Shown: positions 1 through 8,715 of the stretch, one piece after another
Position numbering within the stretch: position 1 is the first letter of the stretch
Layout of the letters: every line of letters starts with the position of its first letter
Assembly (NCBI GenBank): GCA_041737835.1
Contig: JBGSQY010000031.1
Reading direction: 5' to 3' (one strand)
DNA length: 64,000 bases
DNA from: Bythopirellula sp.
GTDB taxonomy: Bacteria; Planctomycetota; Planctomycetia; Pirellulales; Lacipirellulaceae
The notes under the pieces: generated by a model
What the model saw: only the letters and a program-made list of their open reading frames with translations
Told to the model about the DNA's origin: nothing
Databases searched by the model: none
Position numbers and translations under genes: made by a program

Positions 1-1039
1 CGTTCTGAGCGAAGGAAGGGTCGCGCGCTGTCAGCTCAAGAAGATGTTGCTCAGCCGACAAAGTCCGGCGGCGCATGGTCTCCAGCTGATTCGCCAATCC
101 GCCTTTTAGCAGTTTCTTTTCAAATACCGATAATGCACGCGTTGGCGCTTCGGGCAGTAGCCGGTCCATAGGTGCAAACCGAAACGGCACACCACGCCTC
201 TGCTCGATGATCTCTAGAACGACTTCGACGGATATTTCCTTCATCTGTATGAACGGGTTGTCTGCCGGGGCACCGTTAATACAGCACCAATGCTTCGCGG
301 GATCGTCTACAGTACGCGACGACGCGTCATAAACACGCTGAATGATTTCATCGCGAACGGCGTGAAGTGCGGAGTGCGTTAAAGAAGCACAGGATGGATG
401 ATGTGCAACATGGTTGACAGAGACAGCGGCCTCGAAATCATCCAAACTCGGCCCTTTCACATACTCAAATCGCACAAGCACAGCGAACACTTCATCAGGG
501 GCACATTCAAATTCAGTTGCCAGCGCAGTCACGACTCCTAGGAAAGGGTCCCCCAAGTTCGCGATTGAAGTAGCGGCACGGACAGCCTCCTGAAGCCTCA
601 GCGGAGACAAATGAAGTTTGTTAGCGGCACGTGAGTCAAGCGGAGCGTGATTGGAAACAAAATGGAATATGCCGAGGCGCGAAGGAAAACGGGCGTTAAG
701 AGAGACACATTTTTTAATTGCTCCCTTTAAGGCGATGTGTGACAAAGTCCATGTGCCATGTTCCGGCTTTGCAGTCTTAACTTGGAAGCTATCGAACACG
801 CCATTTCGCTTGGCAAGGAAATCATCATGATGTTCGCACCAAATACTTCTATACGGCTGCCTTTGCAATGCTGCTCCGATTAGCAAGATCGCTCCATAAG
901 CATGTTGGTAGCGAAATCGACGTTGAACGTCATCACCTGGATCGTCGTCTTGAACGACATCTGGTGCGGCAGTTACCGGTTGCGGCAGAGAACGCTTATC
1001 CCGAGGCTTCGCACGCGATGTAGGCTTCTTCTTCGCCAT
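1..1039 (-). CDS. Cap4/DUF4297-type dsDNA nuclease with probable ABC-3C C-terminal domain (Lamassu LmuA-like effector); 3'-partial
   Basis: Hand translation from ATG 1039 is open to base 1 (346 codons, no stop): MAKKKPTS...DDPGDDVQRRFRYQHAYG...WCEHHDDF...FQVKT...FVSN...FEKKLLKGGL; PD-(D/E)xK-like E-x-x-DD...QxK motif. Confidence 0.75.
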   Translation of the reverse strand, partial: MAKKKPTSRAKPRDKRSLPQPVTAAPDVVQDDDPGDDVQRRFRYQHAYGAILLIGAALQRQPYRSIWCEHHDDFLAKRNGVFDSFQVKTAKPEHGTWTLSHIALKGAIKKCVSLNARFPSRLGIFHFVSNHAPLDSRAANKLHLSPLRLQEAVRAATSIANLGDPFLGVVTALATEFECAPDEVFAVLVRFEYVKGPSLDDFEAAVSVNHVAHHPSCASLTHSALHAVRDEIIQRVYDASSRTVDDPAKHWCCINGAPADNPFIQMKEISVEVVLEIIEQRRGVPFRFAPMDRLLPEAPTRALSVFEKKLLKGGLANQLETMRRRTLSAEQHLLELTARDPSFAQN

Positions 1040-2260
1040 CTACAGCTCCCCTCGGAAGGCACGGTCCAGGATTGACGGCAAAAGCGCGTTGACACTTAGC
1101 TCAATGGACTTTTGGCGGGTTGAGATCGCGTCAACTTTCTCCATATATGCATTCAACTCCTTAGCAATCGCGATCTGCACACCCATAGGCGCGAGCGGTA
1201 TCGTGAAGTTACGGATCAATCCGAGATTGAGGTTACCCTGAGAATGCCCCCGCCCAAGGGTGTTCATTGTTGCGCTCTTCGCACCGAGCGGTGAATTAAG
1301 CCAATGGACGAGGTATTCAGGATGAATAAGATCCCGATGAGGTTTGATTAGGCAGAGGCTTACGTAGTAGGCAAAATCCAAGGGACGATCAATTAAAGCT
1401 GCTTCGCCAATCATGGCTCCGACGCGTGTCATAAGTACGTCACCAACCTCTGGCTTTCCGCGAGCAATGCATGCCCGATATAGTTCTTCGGAAACGTATT
1501 TGTGCCCTTCCGGGAGGAAGCGATACGGCTTCACGTTTTGCGCAGAAAGGAAAGGAACTCCTACATCCAGGTAATCCGGCGTTTGATGAGTGCCATCGGT
1601 AATTGCAGAAGTTATATCGCTCAATTTGGCGTTCTTCCAACCACGCGGAAGCTCTTCAGAAGCTGATCCAATGAAATGATGCTTTCGTATCGAGTTCCAG
1701 AATGCAAGAAGGTCTCTACTACTAGACTCTACAATTGCTTTAATCTCACCGTCTATTCTTCCCGCTAGGTGTTCAATCTTTGTCACTATACGGCGTTGTT
1801 CCGCTAGCGGAGGCAATGGGATTGTATGCCTCAAGAATACGTCTTCCTTCAGACGGACGCGATTTGTCGTGCCTTCGCTTGCTCGCTTACATGCATCGAT
1901 GAAACTACGCGTCTTCGACAGCCATCCCAAATAATCTGATACGAGTTTCTCCGGCACAGTGTCGAAAGTCGGAAAATCGTTCGAGACAACTGCGCCGTCG
2001 AGATCGTCAGGAACGATTCCAGTGGCACCATTACGAGCGTCGATACGCGAGAGGATGAACTGGCCTGCACGAACTACTGAGCGTCGAGCTGCGGCGATCT
2101 CGCTTCCGAGCGCTATCCTTCGTTCAACAACGCCACGGCCCCACAACTTTACAGTCACCTCGCGATATTGTGTGTCTGCGGCAAGGTCCGTCGTAACATT
2201 ATTTTTGCTGAGCAGCTCCCAAAGTGGCACTTCTGGAGCCCAGCCTTTGCTTGTGTTCAT
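1040..2260 (-). CDS. hsdS: Type I restriction-modification specificity subunit
   Basis: Two TRDs separated by conserved IPLPPLAEQRRIV and IPLAPMGVQIAI segments; ends ILDRAFRGEL; follows hsdM. Confidence 0.95.
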   Translation of the reverse strand: MNTSKGWAPEVPLWELLSKNNVTTDLAADTQYREVTVKLWGRGVVERRIALGSEIAAARRSVVRAGQFILSRIDARNGATGIVPDDLDGAVVSNDFPTFDTVPEKLVSDYLGWLSKTRSFIDACKRASEGTTNRVRLKEDVFLRHTIPLPPLAEQRRIVTKIEHLAGRIDGEIKAIVESSSRDLLAFWNSIRKHHFIGSASEELPRGWKNAKLSDITSAITDGTHQTPDYLDVGVPFLSAQNVKPYRFLPEGHKYVSEELYRACIARGKPEVGDVLMTRVGAMIGEAALIDRPLDFAYYVSLCLIKPHRDLIHPEYLVHWLNSPLGAKSATMNTLGRGHSQGNLNLGLIRNFTIPLAPMGVQIAIAKELNAYMEKVDAISTRQKSIELSVNALLPSILDRAFRGEL

Positions 2261-3837
2261 CCTGGTTCTCCTGCGAGTACCGCCTCGATCTCTTCTAGGA
2301 TCTGGATTATCTGACGCTCCTTCTTAAGAATGTCGGCTAGGAGTTGTGCGGGAGGCAGGTGCTCCAGGGCCTCCGCGCTATTAGGGTTCTTGATGTCAAG
2401 ATTACAACTGATGAGTGCTCCCTCATCGTCGTATTGCATCACATCGCTCGCCGGAATCCTCCAGGCCTGATCATTCTCTTTGCGTCTCTTCTGGGCGAAC
2501 CATTTCAGGCAATCCGAAAACTCCTCAAATTGCATCGGTTTTGTTTTGGAATAATTCTTCCGACCTTCTGGAAGAGGCATTTCATAGAACCAGATGTCCT
2601 TCGTTGGCCCGCTGCGGTCGAAGAAGAGCAAATTGGTGGGGATAGCGGTATATGGCTGAAAGACACCGTTCTGCAGCCGAACAATCGTATGTAGGTTGAA
2701 GTCCTTTAGGAGAGCTTCCTTGACCCTGGCACAAACACTATCACCGAAAAGCGTGCCATTGGGTACGACGACCGCTGCACGGCCAGGCTCTTTGCCACCA
2801 ACAGGACGGCGGAGTCTGCGCATGATGAGTTGCAGGAACAAGAGTGCCGTCTCGGCGGTCTGCATGTCCTGAGGGAAGCCACTCTTGATGCTCGCCTCTT
2901 CTTCACCACCAAACGGCGGATTGGTGAGTATTACGTCGACACGATCACGATCACCGATCTCGGTCACCTTCAAAGCGAGCGAGTTACCGTAGTCAATCTG
3001 CGGCGAATCCAAGCCGTGAAGCAGTAAGTTCATCTGACAAAGCAAGTAAGGGAGAGGCTTTGCCTCCTGTCCAAAAAGAGTTTTGGTTTGTAATGCTTTG
3101 CGATCTTTCGCTGTCTGCACTTGCTGCGACAAGTGGTCAAACGCTTCCACTAAAAAGCCACCCGTACCGCAAGCAGGGTCGAGAACGGTCTCACCAAGCT
3201 GAGGATCAAGAGCAGCCACCATGAACTGCACAACAGCCCTCGGGGTGTAGAACTCGCCTGAATCTCCTGCTGCGTCTCGCATCTCTCGAAGCATTGACTC
3301 GTAGAGGCGACTTAGAGTGTGGATTTCCTCACTTGAGTTGAAGTGAATGTCATCGATCTTGTTCAAAACATCTCTCAGTAGGTATCCAGACTCCATCCGA
3401 TTGGTGACACCACGAAAAACGTTTGCAACGACTTCTTCTCTCCCTCGGCCGTCGGCTGATTGCAAACCGCGAAGATAAGCAAATAACCCTGGCCCTTGCT
3501 TGCCGTCAGGTCTCGTCGCTTTCTCTTGGCCAATAAATGCAAGCAATTCAGGTCCGGTCATGCCGTCATCGTTCGTAGCCCAATCCCGCCAGCGATAGGG
3601 TTTGGCAACAAGCGGGCGAAACTTCTCACCGCCCAATTGGGCTTCTTCTTCCTTAAGCTTCTCCAAGTCATCAAGAAACTTGAGGAACATGATCCACGTG
3701 AGCATCGGCAAGCGATCTAGGTCGCCATTGAGCCCTTTATCTTTGCGCATGATGTCGCGGCAAGACTTAATCAGGCTGCCAAGGGCCTGAGCGGTGGTTT
3801 GCGTCGGTGCGGCCTTCTTGGCCATTTTCTTCGCCAT
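2257..3837 (-). CDS. hsdM: Type I RM N6-adenine methyltransferase
   Basis: GEFYTPR, DPACGTGGFL (motif I), NPPF (motif IV). Confidence 0.97.
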   Translation of the reverse strand: MAKKMAKKAAPTQTTAQALGSLIKSCRDIMRKDKGLNGDLDRLPMLTWIMFLKFLDDLEKLKEEEAQLGGEKFRPLVAKPYRWRDWATNDDGMTGPELLAFIGQEKATRPDGKQGPGLFAYLRGLQSADGRGREEVVANVFRGVTNRMESGYLLRDVLNKIDDIHFNSSEEIHTLSRLYESMLREMRDAAGDSGEFYTPRAVVQFMVAALDPQLGETVLDPACGTGGFLVEAFDHLSQQVQTAKDRKALQTKTLFGQEAKPLPYLLCQMNLLLHGLDSPQIDYGNSLALKVTEIGDRDRVDVILTNPPFGGEEEASIKSGFPQDMQTAETALLFLQLIMRRLRRPVGGKEPGRAAVVVPNGTLFGDSVCARVKEALLKDFNLHTIVRLQNGVFQPYTAIPTNLLFFDRSGPTKDIWFYEMPLPEGRKNYSKTKPMQFEEFSDCLKWFAQKRRKENDQAWRIPASDVMQYDDEGALISCNLDIKNPNSAEALEHLPPAQLLADILKKERQIIQILEEIEAVLAGEPG

Positions 3838-3847
3838 CTGCTATTTC

Positions 3848-6241
3848 CTAAGCGACATAAAGTTCGGTTTGGAGTTGTGTCACGGCGGATCGAAGTTGCT
3901 CGGCCCCTCCGAAGAACTGAATTATTTCACTAACATTCCCTCGATTTGAAATGGGAGGCACTTTCAAAACATCTGGGATTTCAAACTGCCCTGCTCCATG
4001 GTCTTCATACTTCATCAAGATATCTAATAGCACGGCCTTGGCTTCTGCACCGTATTGGTCGAAGAAATCTTGCTTATCTTTGCGAAGCCGGTCAGCCCGT
4101 TCGCGGCGCGTGCGGAGCGGTGCATTAAATGCTAAATGACAGAGTAAATCGAATGGGTCTGCGTCGGGATTGCCTGCCGCCTCGGTCAGCCCATCAAAAT
4201 CAATGCCTCGTTTGGCCAACTCGGCAACAATTTCATTGCGGCGTTCATTATCAAGCCAACGATCTAGCAGGTCTTCAGGATCGCGGCAGAGTGAACGGAC
4301 GCGGCCAGCCGTATAGTCCACAAACTCAGTGACTGTGAGCAATCGCCCTTCAGCATCCAGGTCTTGAATGACTTCGTGGGCAATACCGACACCGGCATCA
4401 CGGTCGACATAGAGCTTGCGAGGTTCTTCGGGTCCAGGGGGTTCATCAATTGGCGGCGGTCCGTCAACGGGTCCATCGCCTTCTTCGGGCGTTGGTTCGT
4501 CGTCACCTTCAGGCAAGACATCGACTATCACGTCGCCTTCGTCGTCAATTGTGATTTCTTCGATCAGTTCTGGCTCGCCATCAAATTCAGGATCGGCGAA
4601 GTGGCTCGTGGCGGTGCCTGTGTAATCCAAAATCGAAAACCAAAGTTTACCGTAATCTTCATCAATTCGTGTGCCGCGTCCGATGATTTGCTTGAATTCA
4701 CTCATGCTGCCTACGACTCGGGCCAACGCAACGTTTTTGACCATCTTGGCATCGACGCCTGTCGTCAAAAGTTGCGATGAAGTGAGGATTACTGGCTCTT
4801 CGGTTTCGAGTTCTTGAAAGCGGCTGAGGTGACCACGTCCAATCATTCCTTCATCTGCTGTAACGCGAACGACATAGTTGGGATATTTCTTGGCACGCTC
4901 CGGATCGTGTTTGACGAGAAGGTGTTGCAATTCAGCCCGCATTTCCTGGGCGTGTTCTTGATCGACGCAGAACACGAGAGTTTTGGCCATCGGGTCGTTG
5001 CGTTGCAAGAAATCAAACAGATGCTTAGCGATTGCCTTAGTTCGCGAACGTAAGGCAACGACCCGCTCAAAATCTTTCGTCTCGTATTCATCATCGGGAA
5101 TTTCGCGGCCATAGCGATCAAGTTCGCCGCGAGTCGGACGCCAACCGGCAGCATCGGCTGTGGTGATGATGCGATGCACCCGGTAGGGTGCCAAAAATCC
5201 ATCCTCAATTCCTTGTCGCAAGCTATAGGTATAGATGGGATTTCCAAAGTAACGATACGTATCGCGGCTATCCTCGCGGAGCGGCGTCGCCGTCATTCCA
5301 AACTGGGCGGCGGGACGAAAGTATTCTAAGATTTCCCGCCAACTGCTCTCAGTGCGGGCACTGCCCCGATGACATTCATCAATGATGATGAGATCAAAAT
5401 AGTCGGGCGCGTATTCCTTATAAAGACCTGGGCGCCGTTCATCCTGAGCAATGGCTTGATAGATCGCGAAGTACATTTCCCGGCTCTTGATAACTTCGCC
5501 ATTCTCGATCTTGTGCCGTGCATCTCCAAACGGTGTAAAGGTCTTGTCCTTAGGGTCGTCGATCAAAATGCTTCTGTCCGCAAGATACAATATCCGAGGA
5601 CGACGATTAGGATCGCCTTTGCGATTCCACTTGGCATTCCAAAGTTTCCAGCAGATTTGAAAAGCGACAACCGTTTTGCCTGTGCCGGTTGCCATCGTTA
5701 CTAAGATGCGGTCTTGCCCCTGCACGATGGCTTGGACAACTCGGTTGATGGCAATCTCTTGGTAGTAACGGGGAATTTTTCCCGGCTGAATATAACTGCC
5801 TTCTAACAATTGCTCGGCAGCTTCATCATTGAGTTTGTCTTTTTGTTTGATGCGAGCGAACAACTCGCCAGGGCTTGGGAAATCCGTAAGGGTTGTTTCG
5901 GCTCCGGTGCCAAAATCAAATTCCACAATGCCGGTGCCGTTAGTCGAATAGGCGAAGCGTATTCCTAGAGCCTCGGCATAGCTTTTGGCCTGAGCAAGTC
6001 CATCGCCCGGTTTCTTGTAATCGGGCTTGGCTTCGACGACGGCCAGGGAATAGTCGCGAGAATATCGCAGTAAATAATCAACTCGCTTCTTTTCGCCACG
6101 GCGTGTTTGGGCATCGGGTCTTACAAAGACACGGCCATCAGTAAAGGATCGTTGCTCCGTGAATGAATGTGGAATTTGATCCCAACCCGCCGCGATAAGC
6201 TTAGGCACAACATATTTGGTGCAAGTATCAGCTTCATTCAT
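3848..6241 (-). CDS. hsdR: Type I restriction endonuclease subunit R (EcoAI/EcoEI type IB-like)
   Basis: Likely start MNEADTC at 6241; VDYLL...EAK nuclease motif, ATGTGKT, DECHRG, EcoEI-like C-terminal region; R-M-S order. Confidence 0.95.
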   Translation of the reverse strand: MNEADTCTKYVVPKLIAAGWDQIPHSFTEQRSFTDGRVFVRPDAQTRRGEKKRVDYLLRYSRDYSLAVVEAKPDYKKPGDGLAQAKSYAEALGIRFAYSTNGTGIVEFDFGTGAETTLTDFPSPGELFARIKQKDKLNDEAAEQLLEGSYIQPGKIPRYYQEIAINRVVQAIVQGQDRILVTMATGTGKTVVAFQICWKLWNAKWNRKGDPNRRPRILYLADRSILIDDPKDKTFTPFGDARHKIENGEVIKSREMYFAIYQAIAQDERRPGLYKEYAPDYFDLIIIDECHRGSARTESSWREILEYFRPAAQFGMTATPLREDSRDTYRYFGNPIYTYSLRQGIEDGFLAPYRVHRIITTADAAGWRPTRGELDRYGREIPDDEYETKDFERVVALRSRTKAIAKHLFDFLQRNDPMAKTLVFCVDQEHAQEMRAELQHLLVKHDPERAKKYPNYVVRVTADEGMIGRGHLSRFQELETEEPVILTSSQLLTTGVDAKMVKNVALARVVGSMSEFKQIIGRGTRIDEDYGKLWFSILDYTGTATSHFADPEFDGEPELIEEITIDDEGDVIVDVLPEGDDEPTPEEGDGPVDGPPPIDEPPGPEEPRKLYVDRDAGVGIAHEVIQDLDAEGRLLTVTEFVDYTAGRVRSLCRDPEDLLDRWLDNERRNEIVAELAKRGIDFDGLTEAAGNPDADPFDLLCHLAFNAPLRTRRERADRLRKDKQDFFDQYGAEAKAVLLDILMKYEDHGAGQFEIPDVLKVPPISNRGNVSEIIQFFGGAEQLRSAVTQLQTELYVA

Positions 6242-6507
6242 CGTGGCTTCCTCTGAATCTGCTGGAGGGACTTGCCCCGTCGATGGTTGGAATTGGCTGC
6301 GGCCAGAATGTAATGCCATTCAGTCCCTGCTCGCTCGGCCCGGATATCATAGCCTCGCTGCCGCAGAGCCATCACGTCGCGGGAAATCGTGGGAATGGAC
6401 ACGCCGATTTCGGCGGCTAGCTCCGGGGTGGAATACTGACCAGTTTGAATAAGCTGCAAAACCGTCTGCAAACGGTGCTCGATGTCGAGCGAGCGTTGAT
6501 AAAGCAT
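6238..6507 (-). CDS. Small winged-HTH (HTH_11-like) regulator
   Basis: STPELAAEIGVSIPTISRDVMALRQRGY; strong RBS GGAGG; ATGA overlap with hsdR. Confidence 0.8.
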   Translation of the reverse strand: MLYQRSLDIEHRLQTVLQLIQTGQYSTPELAAEIGVSIPTISRDVMALRQRGYDIRAERAGTEWHYILAAANSNHRRGKSLQQIQRKPR

Positions 6508-6531
6508 GGAAACTCCTCCGTAAGTTCCTCA

Positions 6532-6560
6532 TGTCTATCACGGGGCGATAGGAGCGTCAA
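6532..6560 (-). promoter_or_regulatory. Putative sigma70 promoter with palindromic operator for the HTH-hsdRMS-nuclease operon
   Basis: TTGACG (6560-6555), 17 nt, TAGACA (6537-6532) preceded by TG; inverted repeat CTATC-N7-GATAG at 6535-6551. Confidence 0.55.
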
Positions 6561-6598
6561 TTCGCGGGCCAGAAAAAGTGCCAATAAGGCATTTACCC

Positions 6599-6814
6599 TC
6601 AGTCAACCTCAAGGCTTGGCCAGTTTCCGTATTTCTCCTGGCAGGCAGGACAAAGCCCTGTATAGTTCGCCATCGGCAGGTCCGGTGCATAGTCCATGCA
6701 GGTCCACCCTTCGCGGATGGCTTGTTCATAGCTGTGGATGTCCATCCCTGCATCGCATTCCTGGCAAACGAGAGTAAAGGGCACGTCTATCGTGATTTTC
6801 TTGGGAGTATTCAT
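6599..6814 (-). CDS. Small hypothetical protein with two CxxC motifs (zinc-ribbon-like)
   Basis: MNTPKKITIDVPFTLVCQEC...GLCPAC; 71 aa from ATG 6814. Confidence 0.55.
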   Translation of the reverse strand: MNTPKKITIDVPFTLVCQECDAGMDIHSYEQAIREGWTCMDYAPDLPMANYTGLCPACQEKYGNWPSLEVD

Positions 6815-6878
6815 AAAAGGCTCGCTGTAGGTAAAGAAAAACGGCCGGCAGCGAACGCCACCGGTCGTGGAACAACGA

Positions 6879-7109
6879 TCAAACGCATTCCGGCTGAAGG
6901 CCATGCAGATATTCCGTGGCACGGCTGGCATGAGAAGCGGCGGTAAAAATCGCTCGCTTATCGTCTTTCAAGACTTTGAGCCAAGTCTCGATATAGCTGG
7001 CATGGTCTTCACGGATTTCGGGTGTCAGACTCAAGTCAGCACAAAGAAACGCGGAGCCCAGTTCTGCGACCAATTCCTCCATCGCATAACCGGCGTCGCC
7101 CCATCGTTG
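6879..7109 (-). pseudogene. ardC: C-terminal remnant of ArdC-family antirestriction/ssDNA-binding protein
   Basis: RWGDAGYAMEELVAELGSAFLCADL...EDHASYIETWLKVLKDDKRAIFTAASHASRA; in-frame TGA at 7122-7124, N-terminal part absent. Confidence 0.85.
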
Positions 7110-7220
7110 AGCCCCCTCTTCTCAAAAAAAAGAACGTCAATCGGCGTCAGCCCATGACAGTCGCCGACAGGCCCTAGAAAAACTCTTGCTGAATTGGAAA
7201 GGAATGTTAGGTTCGCGGTT

Positions 7221-7823
7221 ATGACCGCTCTCCTCAAACACTCTTGCCATGACTTATGCTGCTCTGATTGCAAAGAGCCGATTGCGGCGAACGCCGGTCA
7301 CTACGCGATTGAATTTCACGATTGCCGTATCCACGGCGATAAGAGACAAGTCGAACAGACCGAGAGCATCGCGACCGTCTGTGCCAAGTGCTCTCTCGGC
7401 TACGATCTGACGCGCTTGAACCCTCCCAACAAAGAAGGCTATTTTGCTCACGAGCCTTTGGGACTGGCTCTTATCGATGAGCGTCAATGTTCCCTTTGCC
7501 AGAATGAATTGTCCCATGGTGACAAGTTCCAAGCGGCAAGCATCCGTCCTGTGGGCATTTCAAAGAGTGATGAAGCAACGATCACGATTTCGCTCTGTTT
7601 GGTATGTTCCGAGAAACGGCTCTTGCGATACGCAGAACCGCCCAGCAACGCTTGCCCTCCTTATTGCTACCAATGCGGTGCGTACACCGGCTACACCGGC
7701 GGCTATAGCGATCAGCGAAAACTCTATGTGAGGCACCCAAGCGTTCCCGCCTATTCGCTGCCGAAGGACAAAATACGCGTGTGCGAACACTGCTTTTTCG
7801 AGGAGCTAGACGACGAGTCATGA
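7221..7823 (+). CDS. Hypothetical protein with six CxxC motifs
   Basis: CSDC, CAKC, CSLC, CLVC, CYQC, CEHC in about 200 aa. Confidence 0.55.
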   Translation: MTALLKHSCHDLCCSDCKEPIAANAGHYAIEFHDCRIHGDKRQVEQTESIATVCAKCSLGYDLTRLNPPNKEGYFAHEPLGLALIDERQCSLCQNELSHGDKFQAASIRPVGISKSDEATITISLCLVCSEKRLLRYAEPPSNACPPYCYQCGAYTGYTGGYSDQRKLYVRHPSVPAYSLPKDKIRVCEHCFFEELDDES

Positions 7824-7844
7824 CTAACCCGCTTCATAACAAAC

Positions 7845-7872
7845 TTGACAAACGTAACATATATGTTACGAT
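7845..7872 (+). promoter_or_regulatory. TA operon promoter with perfect 18-bp palindromic operator
   Basis: TTGACA 7845-7850, TACGAT 7867-7872; CGTAACATATATGTTACG at 7853-7870. Confidence 0.75.
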
Positions 7873-7877
7873 AGAAA

Positions 7878-8198
7878 ATGAATGAACTGATTGAATACGT
7901 CAGGGACAACGGACGTTGTCCGTTCGCAGAATGGTTTAAAAGCCTGGACGATCAGTCCGCTGCGAAAGTCACGACGGCCCTTGATCGGATGAAGGCCGGT
8001 AACTTCGGTGATTATAAGTCCGTTGGGAGCGGCGTGATCGAGCGACGTATCCACCACGGTCCTGGCTACCGTATCTACTTTGGCCGCGATGGCGACAAGT
8101 TGGTTGTCTTGGTCGGAGGGGGTACAAAGTCGCGGCAGAGTTCAGACATTAAAACCGCTCAGGAAACGTGGGCCGAATACAAAGCAACGAAAAGGTAA
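7878..8198 (+). CDS. Type II TA RelE/ParE-superfamily toxin (addiction module killer)
   Basis: GRCPFAEWFKSL...GNFGDYKSVGSGVIERRIHHGPGYRIYF...LVGGGTKSRQSSDI. Confidence 0.9.
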   Translation: MNELIEYVRDNGRCPFAEWFKSLDDQSAAKVTTALDRMKAGNFGDYKSVGSGVIERRIHHGPGYRIYFGRDGDKLVVLVGGGTKSRQSSDIKTAQETWAEYKATKR

Positions 8199-8209
8199 GG
8201 AAACGAGAG

Positions 8210-8527
8210 ATGGGATACACGAGACCAGTTAAAGAAACGATTCTTGAGCGGGCCAAATCGAGCCCGAAGTTCCGGGCTGCCCTGATCGGCGAAGCTCTAG
8301 AACTGATCGCTGAGAATGACGTGCAAACTGCCAAGTCGCTCATTCGCGACTATGTTCTGGCTTCGATTGGGTTTGAGGCCCTGGCGAAAGAAGTTGGCAA
8401 GAAACCCGAGAGCATTAAACGGATGCTGAGCGTCAAGGGTAATCCGACGATCAACAACATGGCTGCCCTTATTTCTTCGCTCAGTCAGCATGAGGGTATT
8501 ACGCTGCATGTGGAGGCGACACGCTAA
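8210..8527 (+). CDS. HTH antitoxin (addiction module antidote)
   Basis: Follows toxin; GFEALAKEVGKKPESIKRMLSVKGNPT HTH. Confidence 0.85.
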   Translation: MGYTRPVKETILERAKSSPKFRAALIGEALELIAENDVQTAKSLIRDYVLASIGFEALAKEVGKKPESIKRMLSVKGNPTINNMAALISSLSQHEGITLHVEATR

Positions 8528-8529
8528 CA

Positions 8530-8715
8530 ATGGCTCACCCACCTAGCATTTCTCATGACGAAGCCCTCGTGCAACAATTGCGGGCTGATCCAAAATTTGC
8601 AGAAGCCTACCGAGAGGAAGCTGCGGAAGAAGCCATGGGTGTCCGTGAGATTGCCCAAGGGCACTTGGCTGACGCTGCAAACGGTTCCACGGGCCCCACT
8701 GCATCATCATCCTAA
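8530..8715 (+). pseudogene. Truncated second antidote-like protein
   Basis: SHDEALVQQLRADPKFAEAY resembles antidote N-termini; HTH part is cut short where repC ends. Confidence 0.5.

Noticed and set aside
2414-2423. AGTGCTCCCT, identical to the tRNA-Lys 3' region (14351-14360), as a possible second att site
   Set aside because: Only 10 bp, inside intact hsdM, and element genes continue beyond it; a chance match is plausible
6242-6319. Longer hsdR start given by the ORF track
   Set aside because: MNEADTC at 6241 matches the family N-terminus and gives an ATGA overlap with the HTH gene
7221-7823. Multiheme cytochrome c
   Set aside because: CxxC motifs lack the following His (no CxxCH) and there is no signal peptide
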